A stretch of DNA of 32,000 nucleotides from Candidatus Methanoperedens sp. (lineage in GTDB: Archaea > Halobacteriota > Methanosarcinia > Methanosarcinales > Methanoperedenaceae). The stretch is from assembly GCA_027460535.1 (NCBI GenBank), contig JAPZAR010000036.1, positions 69,519-101,518 of the forward strand. The letters are read 5' to 3'. Numbering within the stretch: the stretch's first letter is position 1; each line of letters begins with the position of its first letter. Of the stretch, positions 8,681 to 17,566 are shown piece after piece. The translations under genes and the position numbers were made by a program. Below the pieces are notes generated by a model. It worked only from the letters and a program-made list of their open reading frames with translations, had not been told where the DNA came from and did no database searches.

Positions 8681-9292
8681 TTATGCAGGCCCCCCATAAC
8701 CCCGGACCTTGAAGTCGGCACAATAATCTTTGGCAATCTCTTTACATTTTCCAATATCCACCACCGGCAGATTTACCACTGTGAACCGAAGTTCCATCCC
8801 CGCTTTCGAGACGTCCCGGGCAAATTCAAGCATTTTTTTGTATGAGTTCTTGAACTTTGGATCGCAAAGCTGGTTATATGTATCTTCATCATGCGCATTC
8901 AGGCTTATGGATACAATTTTCATACCTGCTTCTGCCAGTTCCCTTGCCACCTTTCTATCAGGGTACAAAAGTTTGGCATGGCCGATAGTATCAAGCCGGG
9001 TTTTCATACCCCGCGTCGTGAGCCATTTTGTAATCTCGAGAACCTCGTTCAAGCGCGCCAGAGGTTCCCCAAGCCCGGTGAACACCACTTCATTGTATTT
9101 TGAAAGGTCGCTCATCGAGAGTTCATTTATTATTTCAGAAAGTGCTGGTTCTTTTGACAGGCGCAGGTTGTATCCGTATACTCCATCAGAATGGCGTTTT
9201 ATGCAAAAAACACATTCTGCGGTACATCTGTTAGTAATGTTGAGATACAGGTTCCCGTGTGCTTCGTAGATAATAATGTCTTTTCTGTCCAT
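8681..9292 (-). CDS. small radical SAM protein (resembles the TatD-associated radical SAM family)
   Basis: 203 aa. YLNITNRCTAECVFCIKR carries the CX3CX2C radical-SAM cluster motif, and a glycine-rich SAM motif GLGEPL follows. Confidence 0.8.
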   Translation of the reverse strand: MDRKDIIIYEAHGNLYLNITNRCTAECVFCIKRHSDGVYGYNLRLSKEPALSEIINELSMSDLSKYNEVVFTGLGEPLARLNEVLEITKWLTTRGMKTRLDTIGHAKLLYPDRKVARELAEAGMKIVSISLNAHDEDTYNQLCDPKFKNSYKKMLEFARDVSKAGMELRFTVVNLPVVDIGKCKEIAKDYCADFKVRGYGGPA

Positions 9293-9338
9293 TTCCTTTG
9301 TTAATAATAAGTTTCATAGCACATATTACTTTTCGTCA

Positions 9339-10169
9339 TCATGTAATAATCTCGCATCCTTCGGGGTGTACTATCACCGTGTGTTCTGCCTGGGCTACAA
9401 TTTCGTTGCTTTTTTCAATAAGCTCATGATATTCCCGAAGCCCTCTCAGGTCTTCCATCCTTATACCTGGAATCCAGCGGCGCGAAAAAGGAAGGCATCC
9501 AATGCTTTTTCTCAGTTCAGCACTCACTTTTGTCCTTCCCGTTAGTGCAAAAATGTGGGATTTTCCGTATCTTATATCTCCTTTGCCATATGTGGCAAAA
9601 GGTTCAATCGCAAATACCATGTCCTTTTTCATTTTCTGGCTGAAGACGCTCCCATAATTCGGAACAGTGATACCTGAGTGCAGGTCATATCGCTCCAGGC
9701 TGTGCCCCGTCAGATCCCTGATCGGGTTGAAACCGTATCTCTTGATCGTGCTTTCAATTATCTTCCCGATCGTTCTTGTCTGGATACCGTCCTTAGTGGA
9801 TGTAATGGCATTCCCAAGCGCCTCTTCGCAGGCTTTTATCAGACAGCAGTGCTTATCTGTCCCTATCTCGATAGTGCTTGCTGTATCCGCGATATACCCT
9901 TCGATATGAACACCAACGTCTATTTTTACAACATCACCTTTTTTGAAGCATGGTGCGCCGTCTTCGGGTGTGTAATGTGATGCAATCTCATTGACAGAAA
10001 TATTGCAGGGGAATGCAGGTTTTCCCCCCAGCTCTCTTATCCTGTTCTCGGCAAATTCGGCGATCTCAATAAGCGGAACATCTGCTCTTACCCTGGAAAT
10101 GGCTTCGTTCCTCGCACTTGCGGCTATTTTTCCTGCTTCGATATAGTATTCATGGATAGTTTCGTTCAT
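9339..10169 (-). CDS. map: type II methionine aminopeptidase
   Basis: 276 aa. Pita-bread metal-ligand blocks are present: DVVKIDVGVHIEGYIADTA, LTGHSLERYDLH, FAIEPFAT, AEHTVIV. It has the archaeal/eukaryal-type insert. A 4-nt overlap with the upstream EamA gene indicates an operon. Confidence 0.9.
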   Translation of the reverse strand: MNETIHEYYIEAGKIAASARNEAISRVRADVPLIEIAEFAENRIRELGGKPAFPCNISVNEIASHYTPEDGAPCFKKGDVVKIDVGVHIEGYIADTASTIEIGTDKHCCLIKACEEALGNAITSTKDGIQTRTIGKIIESTIKRYGFNPIRDLTGHSLERYDLHSGITVPNYGSVFSQKMKKDMVFAIEPFATYGKGDIRYGKSHIFALTGRTKVSAELRKSIGCLPFSRRWIPGIRMEDLRGLREYHELIEKSNEIVAQAEHTVIVHPEGCEIIT

Positions 10170-11032
10170 CTGTCCGTAGCAACTAATGCTGCACCCGCCA
10201 ATATAAATGCCCCCCCGATTACCTCTGGAAATGCAAGCCTTTCATTAAGAATAAGAACTGATAATACAATAGCACTTACTGGCTCTATCAACCCGAGGAT
10301 GCTCGCACTTGCAGCTCTCACTTTCGCCAATCCGTTAAAATAAAGTGAAACGGCAAGTATGGTCGGGAATATAGCTAAAAGTATGAGAAAAATTACGTTG
10401 GAGGAAAAGACATCCATTGGTACAAGACCCGATGGGAGGAGGACGAGCGCGGCTACCAGGAAACTCCAGAAAGCCTGGGTGTAACCTGAATATGTGGAGC
10501 TGATGAACTTTGAGGTCATTATCTGGAAGCCATAAGCTATGCCAGAAAGTATGCCTGCTATTATCCCGATGGATTGCAGCGAGAAATCAGGTTTTTCAGG
10601 GCCAACAATGAACAGGATGCCTGCGATGGATAGAAGAAGGGCTATCAACCCTTTCTTAGTTGCCCTTTCCTTCAAAAGCAGTGGCGAAAGTACCGTAACA
10701 TATACAGGCGCTGTATATAAAAGTAGAACTGCAATAGAGACCGATGCATTCAATATGGCCTCGAAATACGTAAGCATGGTTGCTGCCTGAAGAATACTGA
10801 ACATGACCAGATAGGATTTCTTATTTTTAAGGTGTACTCTATAAAGATTTCCTGAAATCAATAATACAGCGAACAGTATTATGAATGCAATGGTCACCCT
10901 GTAAAAAATAATGCTCTGGGCTGACATTCCAATGATCATTTTCCCAAATATTCCTGCAAGTCCCCAGAGTATAGCTGCTGCAATTATCTCCCCGTAGCCT
11001 GCAAAGATATTCCGGATTTGCGCTGGGTTCAT
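10166..11032 (-). CDS. EamA/DMT-superfamily transporter
   Basis: 288 aa with about ten hydrophobic helices arranged as two repeated halves, typical of drug/metabolite transporters. Confidence 0.8.
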   Translation of the reverse strand: MNPAQIRNIFAGYGEIIAAAILWGLAGIFGKMIIGMSAQSIIFYRVTIAFIILFAVLLISGNLYRVHLKNKKSYLVMFSILQAATMLTYFEAILNASVSIAVLLLYTAPVYVTVLSPLLLKERATKKGLIALLLSIAGILFIVGPEKPDFSLQSIGIIAGILSGIAYGFQIMTSKFISSTYSGYTQAFWSFLVAALVLLPSGLVPMDVFSSNVIFLILLAIFPTILAVSLYFNGLAKVRAASASILGLIEPVSAIVLSVLILNERLAFPEVIGGAFILAGAALVATDR

Positions 11033-11172
11033 GCGGTTCTGAAGATTCTATTAGGCAAAATAGGTTTCTTTTTTAGAACTGCAGCCGAATGCAGGTTTCC
11101 GGCATCAGCGACTATCACTGACTTTCTATTTATACAGTTCGCTCATTTTTCCGGATAATTCCGGATGACGGT

Positions 11173-12285
11173 TCATGCCAACGCTTTCATGAATCTCTCT
11201 TTGATCTCGTGCGCCGACAGGGGGATTTCCTTGCATTTCATGTTTACAGGCTTCACTATCACATGAACAAAACCTGCTTTGCGCTGCAACGCCTCTCTCA
11301 ATTCCTCAATGGTATGCACTTTGACGGTATCTCCTATCCCGCTTGCCTTTGCGAGAAATTCGAGATCAATCTGCCTGAAGGTTGCCGTTTCCTGGTTTCC
11401 CGTGGAGCCGTATGCTGCATTATCTATGGCAACCACAGTCATGTTTTCGGAAGCGCAGGCGCCGATAGCTGTCAGAGCGTTCGGATTCATAAGGAGACTC
11501 CCATCTCCATCGATCACATACACATGCCTTTTCTGCACAATGGAAAGACCGAGACCTATGGAAGACACCAAACCCATCGAACCGAGCATATAGAAATTAA
11601 ACTTCCTGTCCCTGATCTCAAATAATTCCTTTGAAGGGATGCCGAGGTTCGCGACAATGATATCATCATTAACCAGTGAGGTAATTACCTTAATTGCCTC
11701 ATATCTTGTCATTGCAGGTTTCCTTATTTCCGACCTTAACCTCAATTCCGTTGTTCGGGGGGTTATCTCAAGAGGCTCAGACACTTCACACATGGAGCCT
11801 TCCCATACTGCAGGTGAAACCAATATGACATGAGGTCTTGAATTGTCAAAAGAATCCCTGATCGCAGTATCGATCTCATCCAGTTCATCCTGGGTATTTA
11901 AGATCGTATATTTTATATCTGCGGCATCCAGGATTGCAGGAAGCCTTTTACCGAACTGCCATTGGGCTTCGATCGATTCTCTGTAAACGCCGCGCCAGCT
12001 TGCCAGCACTGGTAAAGGTATCCCGTATGTCAAATTGAGGGATTCCAGGGCATTTATCATATTGCCTATCCCTGTGCTCTGGATCACCATAACAGGTCTT
12101 CCGCCCCCCAGGTATATGCCTGCGCATATTCCCACACCGTTCTCTTCTCGGGTCAAAGGAAGCGTTGTCATATTTTTGCCGATCTGAGGGAGAAGGGCTT
12201 TGATCCTATCGCACGGAAGCGTAGCTGCAAAATTTATCCTGTTCTTTTTCAGGATTTCAACGACTTTGCTCTCCGGACTTATCAT
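11173..12285 (-). CDS. comDE: sulfopyruvate decarboxylase, fused alpha/beta (ComDE), coenzyme M biosynthesis
   Basis: 370-aa TPP-enzyme-like protein with an N-terminal ComD-like half and a C-terminal half carrying the TPP motif GDGSLLMN...N. It shares one nt (TAATG) with the upstream cysteate-synthase-like gene, the arrangement known from Methanosarcina. Phosphonopyruvate decarboxylase is the alternative call. Confidence 0.75.
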   Translation of the reverse strand: MISPESKVVEILKKNRINFAATLPCDRIKALLPQIGKNMTTLPLTREENGVGICAGIYLGGGRPVMVIQSTGIGNMINALESLNLTYGIPLPVLASWRGVYRESIEAQWQFGKRLPAILDAADIKYTILNTQDELDEIDTAIRDSFDNSRPHVILVSPAVWEGSMCEVSEPLEITPRTTELRLRSEIRKPAMTRYEAIKVITSLVNDDIIVANLGIPSKELFEIRDRKFNFYMLGSMGLVSSIGLGLSIVQKRHVYVIDGDGSLLMNPNALTAIGACASENMTVVAIDNAAYGSTGNQETATFRQIDLEFLAKASGIGDTVKVHTIEELREALQRKAGFVHVIVKPVNMKCKEIPLSAHEIKERFMKALA

Positions 12286-13616
12286 TATACGGCCAATACT
12301 TTTCTGTGGATTATCTCTTCAAGCGGCACGATCGCATTTTCGGCACATGCCGCCGGCTCTATTTTGTGCAGGGAATAATCCATTTCGAGTCGCTTCACGC
12401 CTCCCCCCGTTATGTTCAGACAAATGTGTTCCTCTGCGTCTACTTTATGGCTATTCACCGCTTCCATAAGGGATGCAACCGCAACTGCGGCCGGAGGGAA
12501 TATGTCTATCCCTTCAAACCGCTCGAATAACCTCTGTGCGTCTTTTGTATCATTATTTGAGATTCCGTACATCGTTCCGTCGGTGGAACACAGCGCATCG
12601 TAGACACCGCCCGGAACAGAATACGGCGGTTCTCTGTTGGATAGTATGTCGGCGTACATCTTATGAATGAGCTCCTTGGGATTAGGCATGTCAAGGTCCT
12701 TAATGATCTCGCGTCTTTTTGCATTCCATGCATGGAACATGGGCGCAAAAGGCAGGTTCTGCGAAAGGTGGAGCTGCGGCAGTCTTTTTCCGAACCTTCC
12801 ATCTTCAAGCAAGCGCATCGACGCTTCCCATGACGCAATGCCGCCCGTCCCACTCCCTATGGCCTGGAAATAATGATCGGGCATCCGCCTCATGTATAAT
12901 GAGGCGTCCAGCATCACGGTTCCCATTCCATCCCTCCGCGCCACGTTCCTTGCCCCCCCTTCCGCCATCATGCCAGGAAGGGATGAGAGGCGCTCTGCAA
13001 GGTGAATGGAATCAGTATAATCGCAGTTCTTTCCCATCTGGATAATATGAATTGAATCTGTAGGCTCCTCGGGAAGCCATAGCCTTGGCACTCCGCTTGC
13101 CGGCACAACGATATAAACTTTTACGCCTGTCAGCGCGGATACGTGGGCAAAGGCACGCGCGGTGTTCCCGGCTGACGCCAGGACAAGAGATTTGCCTGAA
13201 TTCTTGATCTTCTGGATGGTGGGAAAGGCTTCCAGTTCCTTGAAACTGCAGGTTTTGATAAAAGCCCCATTTTCTGGCCAGTAGCCGTTAAAAGATACGT
13301 ATAAATTATTCAATCCCAATTCTGCCGCAAGTTCAGTGCTTTTGTATGTGATCGGTCCGGAATCTGAAGTGATGATTTCATTTACGGGCAGCCAGTCATG
13401 GAACTTTCCCATCCCTGGAACATCCTTCAGCATGATCTGGCGATTGCTGTACTTTGTCCGCAAAAGGGCATTGTCGGTAGTGCACTTCAGCCGGTCGTCA
13501 AAATAAATGCCCGAACAGCCTGTGCATTCAAGATGGAATTTGGGATTCTTAGATATCGAAATAGATGATTGCGAGCTGGAAACCCTTTTGCCGCATGCAT
13601 ATTCGCTTTCTGTCAT
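12285..13616 (-). CDS. cysteate synthase (threonine-synthase-like PLP enzyme), coenzyme M biosynthesis
   Basis: 443 aa. It has a Cys-rich N-terminus (CTGCSGIYFDDRLKC), a PLP-lysine block CSFKELEA, and a glycine loop GSGTGG. It is coupled to fused comDE, as in the Methanosarcinales CoM pathway. Confidence 0.7.
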   Translation of the reverse strand: MTESEYACGKRVSSSQSSISISKNPKFHLECTGCSGIYFDDRLKCTTDNALLRTKYSNRQIMLKDVPGMGKFHDWLPVNEIITSDSGPITYKSTELAAELGLNNLYVSFNGYWPENGAFIKTCSFKELEAFPTIQKIKNSGKSLVLASAGNTARAFAHVSALTGVKVYIVVPASGVPRLWLPEEPTDSIHIIQMGKNCDYTDSIHLAERLSSLPGMMAEGGARNVARRDGMGTVMLDASLYMRRMPDHYFQAIGSGTGGIASWEASMRLLEDGRFGKRLPQLHLSQNLPFAPMFHAWNAKRREIIKDLDMPNPKELIHKMYADILSNREPPYSVPGGVYDALCSTDGTMYGISNNDTKDAQRLFERFEGIDIFPPAAVAVASLMEAVNSHKVDAEEHICLNITGGGVKRLEMDYSLHKIEPAACAENAIVPLEEIIHRKVLAV

Positions 13617-13925
13617 AATTAATAGGTTTAATTTAGTTGACTATTTATGTCTTTCCGTTTAAAGTGTAATTTTTTCCTGAATTAGACACTAAAACAATTC
13701 CAATATACTTTTGTCCAATAGTGCATAAGAACAATAAATGGTCGAATCTTTCGTTTCTCTGTGAAGTGGCTGCCACAGAACAGTACTCGGGCTTTCTCAA
13801 ACAGGCCGACCGGGGTATTTTTTGAGCCTGCCGATCGTTCTCCGTCCCTCTTCATTAACTGGCAGGATATAAAAAAGATAATCATCCAGCGGGAAGAAAA
13901 AACCTGACTGGCAAGGAACCTGTGT

Positions 13926-14504
13926 TTACCCGCTGATTACGATACAATAAAGGGAAGAGCTTACAGATGGCGGTTCCTCTGTCGTGCCTGTCACTATTCT
14001 CTCATCCGGATAGGCAAGCCTCTCGCAAACGGAGATTTTCCTCGAAAGCCCCCGGGATTTCATAACATCTGCGATCTCTTTCACCCCGAAGTCCCGGCCC
14101 GGTAGAATGAACAGTTTTCTCCCTTCCCTAAGCTGTTCGACGATTCGTTTTTCCACAATAATGCTTTCGCCTGAATGGGCTGTGATCACGGAAAGATTGT
14201 CCATATCCAGACACAGGCGGGAGCATGCCAGCTGCAGCGATGATATCCCCGGGATCACTTCGTCGTATTTTTTTGCGAATTTACCAAGACCTGAGAGCAT
14301 AGGATCGCCTGTTGAAAGCACGACTGCATTTTCAGGGAGTGAATCCAATTTATAATCAGTGATCTCATGAGTCTCACATTTTTTATGCTCTCTTGCGAGC
14401 TCTATCGCTCTCTTTGATCCGAATATTATTTCAGCGCTTTCAATTGCAGATATTGCTTCCTCAGTAAGGAGATTCGGGCCAGCCCCTACGCCTACTATTT
14501 TCAT
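13926..14504 (-). CDS. cbiE: cobalt-precorrin-7 (C5)-methyltransferase
   Basis: 192 aa. MKIVGVGAGPNLLTEEA is the tetrapyrrole methylase N-terminal motif. A 4-nt overlap with cbiD lies upstream. Confidence 0.85.
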   Translation of the reverse strand: MKIVGVGAGPNLLTEEAISAIESAEIIFGSKRAIELAREHKKCETHEITDYKLDSLPENAVVLSTGDPMLSGLGKFAKKYDEVIPGISSLQLACSRLCLDMDNLSVITAHSGESIIVEKRIVEQLREGRKLFILPGRDFGVKEIADVMKSRGLSRKISVCERLAYPDERIVTGTTEEPPSVSSSLYCIVISG

Positions 14505-15490
14505 TTTCGCTCACCACTGTCCCGAAGTATTGTTCCATCCCTGTTCAAAAGCACGACCCTTTTGCCCGATAACTTCACAGCCTCCGCAAGAGCGCTGTCG
14601 ATGAGAGCATTTTTTGGATTATCTTCGATCATATCCGCAATCGTCCTGTACCCGCTGTTTTTCAACAGATCCCGGGACGCCCATTTGAGGATCAAGCCAG
14701 GGAGTCCCACGATAATCACTTCTCCCTTTGCCGCTCTTAATCCCCTGGTAATATCACTCCCGATAAGTATCACATCGTAATCCGGGAAAAGCAAATGGGA
14801 GAAACGCATGCCAAGGCGCCCCGTTGTGAACACTATCCTGTCCGAGCGCCTAATGAGTTCTTCTTTCATTTCACCCAGATGCTCATTCCATGGTTCGACA
14901 AAGCCGGTGGTGCCAAGAATAGATATGCCGCCAATTATTCCCACTTTTTCATTGAGCGTATGTTTTGCGATCTCCTTACCCCTGGGTACTGAAATGGTGA
15001 CTATAGCACCTTTCAGCCCGGTTTCAATAAGCGCCTCCTTGACCGATTCCTCTATCTGCCGCATGGGAATTGGATTGATAGCGGGTGTCTCATTTTTTCT
15101 GCCTATACCGAAGCCTGCTTTGATTATGATGTTTTCATTATCCTTTGCCTCGGCGATGATTTCCACGCCCTTTGTAGCATCGAAGGCATGGTCGCCTGAG
15201 TCTTTAATAGCAGATGCTTTTCCATCCCTGGCGTTTACAGGCATGATGGCCCGCGGACCTGCGGGTGTGGGTACCGATACTTCTGAGATCCCTTTTCTCA
15301 AGGACAATACAGCGGCTTTTGCGGCAGCAGACGCTGTAGTCCCCGTGGTATAACCCCGCCGCAGCAGCAAACCGTTTGAAAGAAGCACGTAGCGCCCGCT
15401 CGAAATCATCGAATCGAGTTCATTTGCCGGGACGTTTGCCCTCATCATCCATTCATCCGGAATATGAAAATTGTTAACAGGGTCTATCAT
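14501..15490 (-). CDS. cbiD: cobalt-precorrin-5B (C1)-methyltransferase
   Basis: 329 aa. It carries the hallmark LRRGYTTGTTASAAAKAA and GGISILGTTGFVEP. Confidence 0.9.
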   Translation of the reverse strand: MIDPVNNFHIPDEWMMRANVPANELDSMISSGRYVLLSNGLLLRRGYTTGTTASAAAKAAVLSLRKGISEVSVPTPAGPRAIMPVNARDGKASAIKDSGDHAFDATKGVEIIAEAKDNENIIIKAGFGIGRKNETPAINPIPMRQIEESVKEALIETGLKGAIVTISVPRGKEIAKHTLNEKVGIIGGISILGTTGFVEPWNEHLGEMKEELIRRSDRIVFTTGRLGMRFSHLLFPDYDVILIGSDITRGLRAAKGEVIIVGLPGLILKWASRDLLKNSGYRTIADMIEDNPKNALIDSALAEAVKLSGKRVVLLNRDGTILRDSGERK

Positions 15491-15654
15491 TTTGTTTCAT
15501 CTGATTAGTGTAATTATTCCTTTATAGTATATTATCTATATATATAAATTATTAATTTAACTCAACAGTATTTTGAAATTCAAATACCAGCAATGCCATT
15601 TTATTCACATAGTATATACACTTTTTTATACTTTGAAATCATAATAGTCAGCAA

Positions 15655-15837
15655 ATGAGAAAAGATAATTATAGATTCAGGCGACCTCGCTGCTGCGGCT
15701 CCATGATGGTCTCGGCGTACTTCGGGCATGGGAGGGCAGCGCCCGGTAAAGAAAAGATAGGACTGTACTGTACCCGATGCAGGCGGTTTGAAATAGAAAG
15801 ACCGATGCATCCAACTGTTGATGGCGGAATTAAGTAA
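15655..15837 (+). CDS. possible small basic zinc-ribbon protein (60 aa); alternatively non-coding
   Basis: RPRCCGS...(24 aa)...YCTRCRRFE resembles the split zinc ribbon at the N-terminus of IS1/IS1595-type transposases. A T-rich TATA-like tract (ttttttatac, about 15622-15631) lies about 25 nt upstream, consistent with a leaderless mRNA. There is no SD. It occupies a GC-rich pocket in an AT-rich spacer. Confidence 0.3.
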   Translation: MRKDNYRFRRPRCCGSMMVSAYFGHGRAAPGKEKIGLYCTRCRRFEIERPMHPTVDGGIK

Positions 15838-15843
15838 ATAAAT

Positions 15844-16281
15844 ATGATAAAAAGAGAAGAAAGATTGTCGTTTATATATTTACTTTGTGGGTTATTTTTT
15901 CTAATTCAAGCTGTTTTAAATATTGAGATTATACCTGTGGAATACGCCATTAAGATACTTGGAATTCCATCGAACATAGAAGGTTTTTTTTGGCTGGCAA
16001 TATATTCTGTTTTGTTTAGCATGGCATCATATGTTGGAACAATGGCATACGCAAGAATATTTTCTAAAGGCAAAGAATGGGCGGCTAAAATTGCTTCTGT
16101 ATATTTTGTTAACGGAATGGTAGGATTTTTTACCATTTGTATAACCATTTTCTCTTTTGGAATACTTTCGTTGTTTAAAATACTTCCAATGCAAATCTCT
16201 TTTACGCGAACCGTGTATCTTTATATGTTTTGGTTTTTTGTTTTAAAAATGCTTAACATAAGACCGGCCAATAATAAATAA
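15844..16281 (+). CDS. hypothetical membrane protein (about 4 TM), AT-rich gene
   Basis: 145-aa ORF with four long hydrophobic segments. It is visibly more AT-rich than the flanking cbi and dedA genes. Confidence 0.5.
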   Translation: MIKREERLSFIYLLCGLFFLIQAVLNIEIIPVEYAIKILGIPSNIEGFFWLAIYSVLFSMASYVGTMAYARIFSKGKEWAAKIASVYFVNGMVGFFTICITIFSFGILSLFKILPMQISFTRTVYLYMFWFFVLKMLNIRPANNK

Positions 16282-16297
16282 ATTTTAAGGATGAATT

Positions 16298-16443
16298 ATG
16301 AAAATAGATGTTAAAAAACTTCCCAAGTCGCAAGTTGAACTGACGATTGAAATTCCGGCTGAAAAATGGAAACACTATCATGATCAGCGATAGAATGTTT
16401 GGCCGAACACGTAAAAATTCCCGGTTTCAGGCCGGGCAAAGCT
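16298..16443 (+). pseudogene. tig: trigger factor (tig) N-terminal fragment, frameshifted and truncated
   Basis: aaggatgaattATG then MKIDVKKLPKSQVELTIEIPAEKWKHYHDQR, stop at 16391-16393. The +2 frame from 16384 continues SAIECLAEHVKIPGFRPGKA, which is the trigger-factor ribosome-binding signature GFRxGK. Similarity ends at about 16443, where the IS fragment begins. Confidence 0.6.
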
Positions 16444-16801
16444 GACGCTGCAACTCCTGCCAGATTTTTTTATCCCTGCCTGTTTTGCTCAATCTTTCTC
16501 TAAAAGCCCATACCGTTGTGTAATCAGGTACGGCTTCCAGAAAGCATAAAAACTTCCGAAAGGATATTCTGTCTGTGATCTGTCTTTCGAGTTCTGGGTC
16601 AGATAGACCATTCCATTCCTGTAAAACCAGGATTTTTATCATTACCACCTCATCAATGTTTGGTCGTCCACCCTGCTCGCTTTTGTTGTTACACATATCT
16701 TTCACTATCGTTCGAAAGGATTCCCAGTCAATCAATGAATCAATTTCGGCTAATTTGTCTCCTAAACGCTTTACTCTTTGGTATCTTCCTGGAATGAAAA
16801 A
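16427..16801 (-). mobile_element. IS5-family transposase N-terminal fragment (truncated at both ends)
   Basis: LAEIDSLIDWESFRTIVKDM...GGRPNIDEVVMIKILVLQEWNGLSDPELERQITDRISFRKFL...VWAFRERL matches the InsH/IS5 N-terminal domain pattern. No DDE catalytic domain follows. The ORF reads into the tig fragment and stops. There is no ATG; the track start is TTG. Confidence 0.7.
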
Positions 16802-16932
16802 TCAATAAACTATGCCATAGTATCTAAATATAGTTATTATGTAGTAAATGTTCCGATTTTAGCTGGTGGGTTTTTCAAAATTCTCAGTATTAATTCCGCA
16901 ACCTTTAATTGGTGATTTTATAATCAGGACTT

Positions 16933-17541
16933 ATGATCGCTGAACTGTTATCTGATTATATCACGGCATTTATCTCTTCGATCGGGTACTGGGGCGTGTT
17001 TATCCTCATGATGCTTGAGAGTGCGGCATTGCCTGTGCCTTCCGAAGTGGTGATGCCTTTTGCCGGTTACCTTTCATACCTTGGTACATTCAATCTGGTC
17101 CTCATAAGTTTTGTGGGAGCCGCGGGCTGTGCTGCAGGTTCTGTGCTTTCCTATCTCGTGGGATTGAAAGGAGGCAGACCATTTCTTGAAAGATATGGAA
17201 AATATTTTTTCTTTGAGCATAAATACTTGGATCTTGCAGAAAAATGGTTCTATAGGTACGGCGACAAAGCGGTTTTTTTCTCGCGGCTCTTACCCGTGAT
17301 ACGCACTTTCATATCTTTTCCTGCCGGCATCGGGAAATATAATTTCAAGAAGCTTGTCGCATTCAGCTTTATCGGCTCCCTGCCCTGGTGTTTTGCGCTG
17401 GCGTATGCAGGCTACAGGCTTGGCCCCTACTGGAAAGACATCATAAAATTTTTCAACGGTCTGGATATCGTTATAATCGTGGCTTTTGTTATATTGGCGG
17501 TCTATTTCTGGAAGTTCAAGAAATCGCTGATTTCTGATTAA
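16933..17541 (+). CDS. DedA/SNARE-associated family membrane protein
   Basis: 202 aa. It reads LPVPSEVVMPFAGYL and FSRLLPVIRTFISFPAG, typical of DedA. Confidence 0.85.
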   Translation: MIAELLSDYITAFISSIGYWGVFILMMLESAALPVPSEVVMPFAGYLSYLGTFNLVLISFVGAAGCAAGSVLSYLVGLKGGRPFLERYGKYFFFEHKYLDLAEKWFYRYGDKAVFFSRLLPVIRTFISFPAGIGKYNFKKLVAFSFIGSLPWCFALAYAGYRLGPYWKDIIKFFNGLDIVIIVAFVILAVYFWKFKKSLISD

Positions 17542-17566
17542 CAGCGAGAATGGATCAAGAACTCAT

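Noticed and set aside
11145-11162. TCCGGA-TAAT-TCCGGA repeat/palindrome just downstream of the comDE stop.
   Set aside because: It is a short 6-bp self-complementary hexamer repeated once, with no T-run in the transcribed orientation. That is insufficient to call a terminator or operator.
13682-13885. 67-aa minus-strand ORF in the cbiE/cysteate-synthase spacer.
   Set aside because: It has no SD and an odd composition (MIIFFISCQLMKRDGERSAG...) with no motif. It is more likely a non-coding leader.
15601-15810. 69-aa minus-strand ORF overlapping the possible zinc-ribbon ORF.
   Set aside because: The translation looks random (Pro/Ser/His-rich) and has no start context. The plus-strand reading at least has a Cys-pair architecture.
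15661-15840. Possible cobalamin riboswitch on the minus strand upstream of cbiD.
   Set aside because: Only a weak B12-box-like string (GCCGAGACC) is present. I could not trace the conserved multi-stem core by eye, and such riboswitches are not established in archaea. It is kept only as something to exclude with an Rfam scan.
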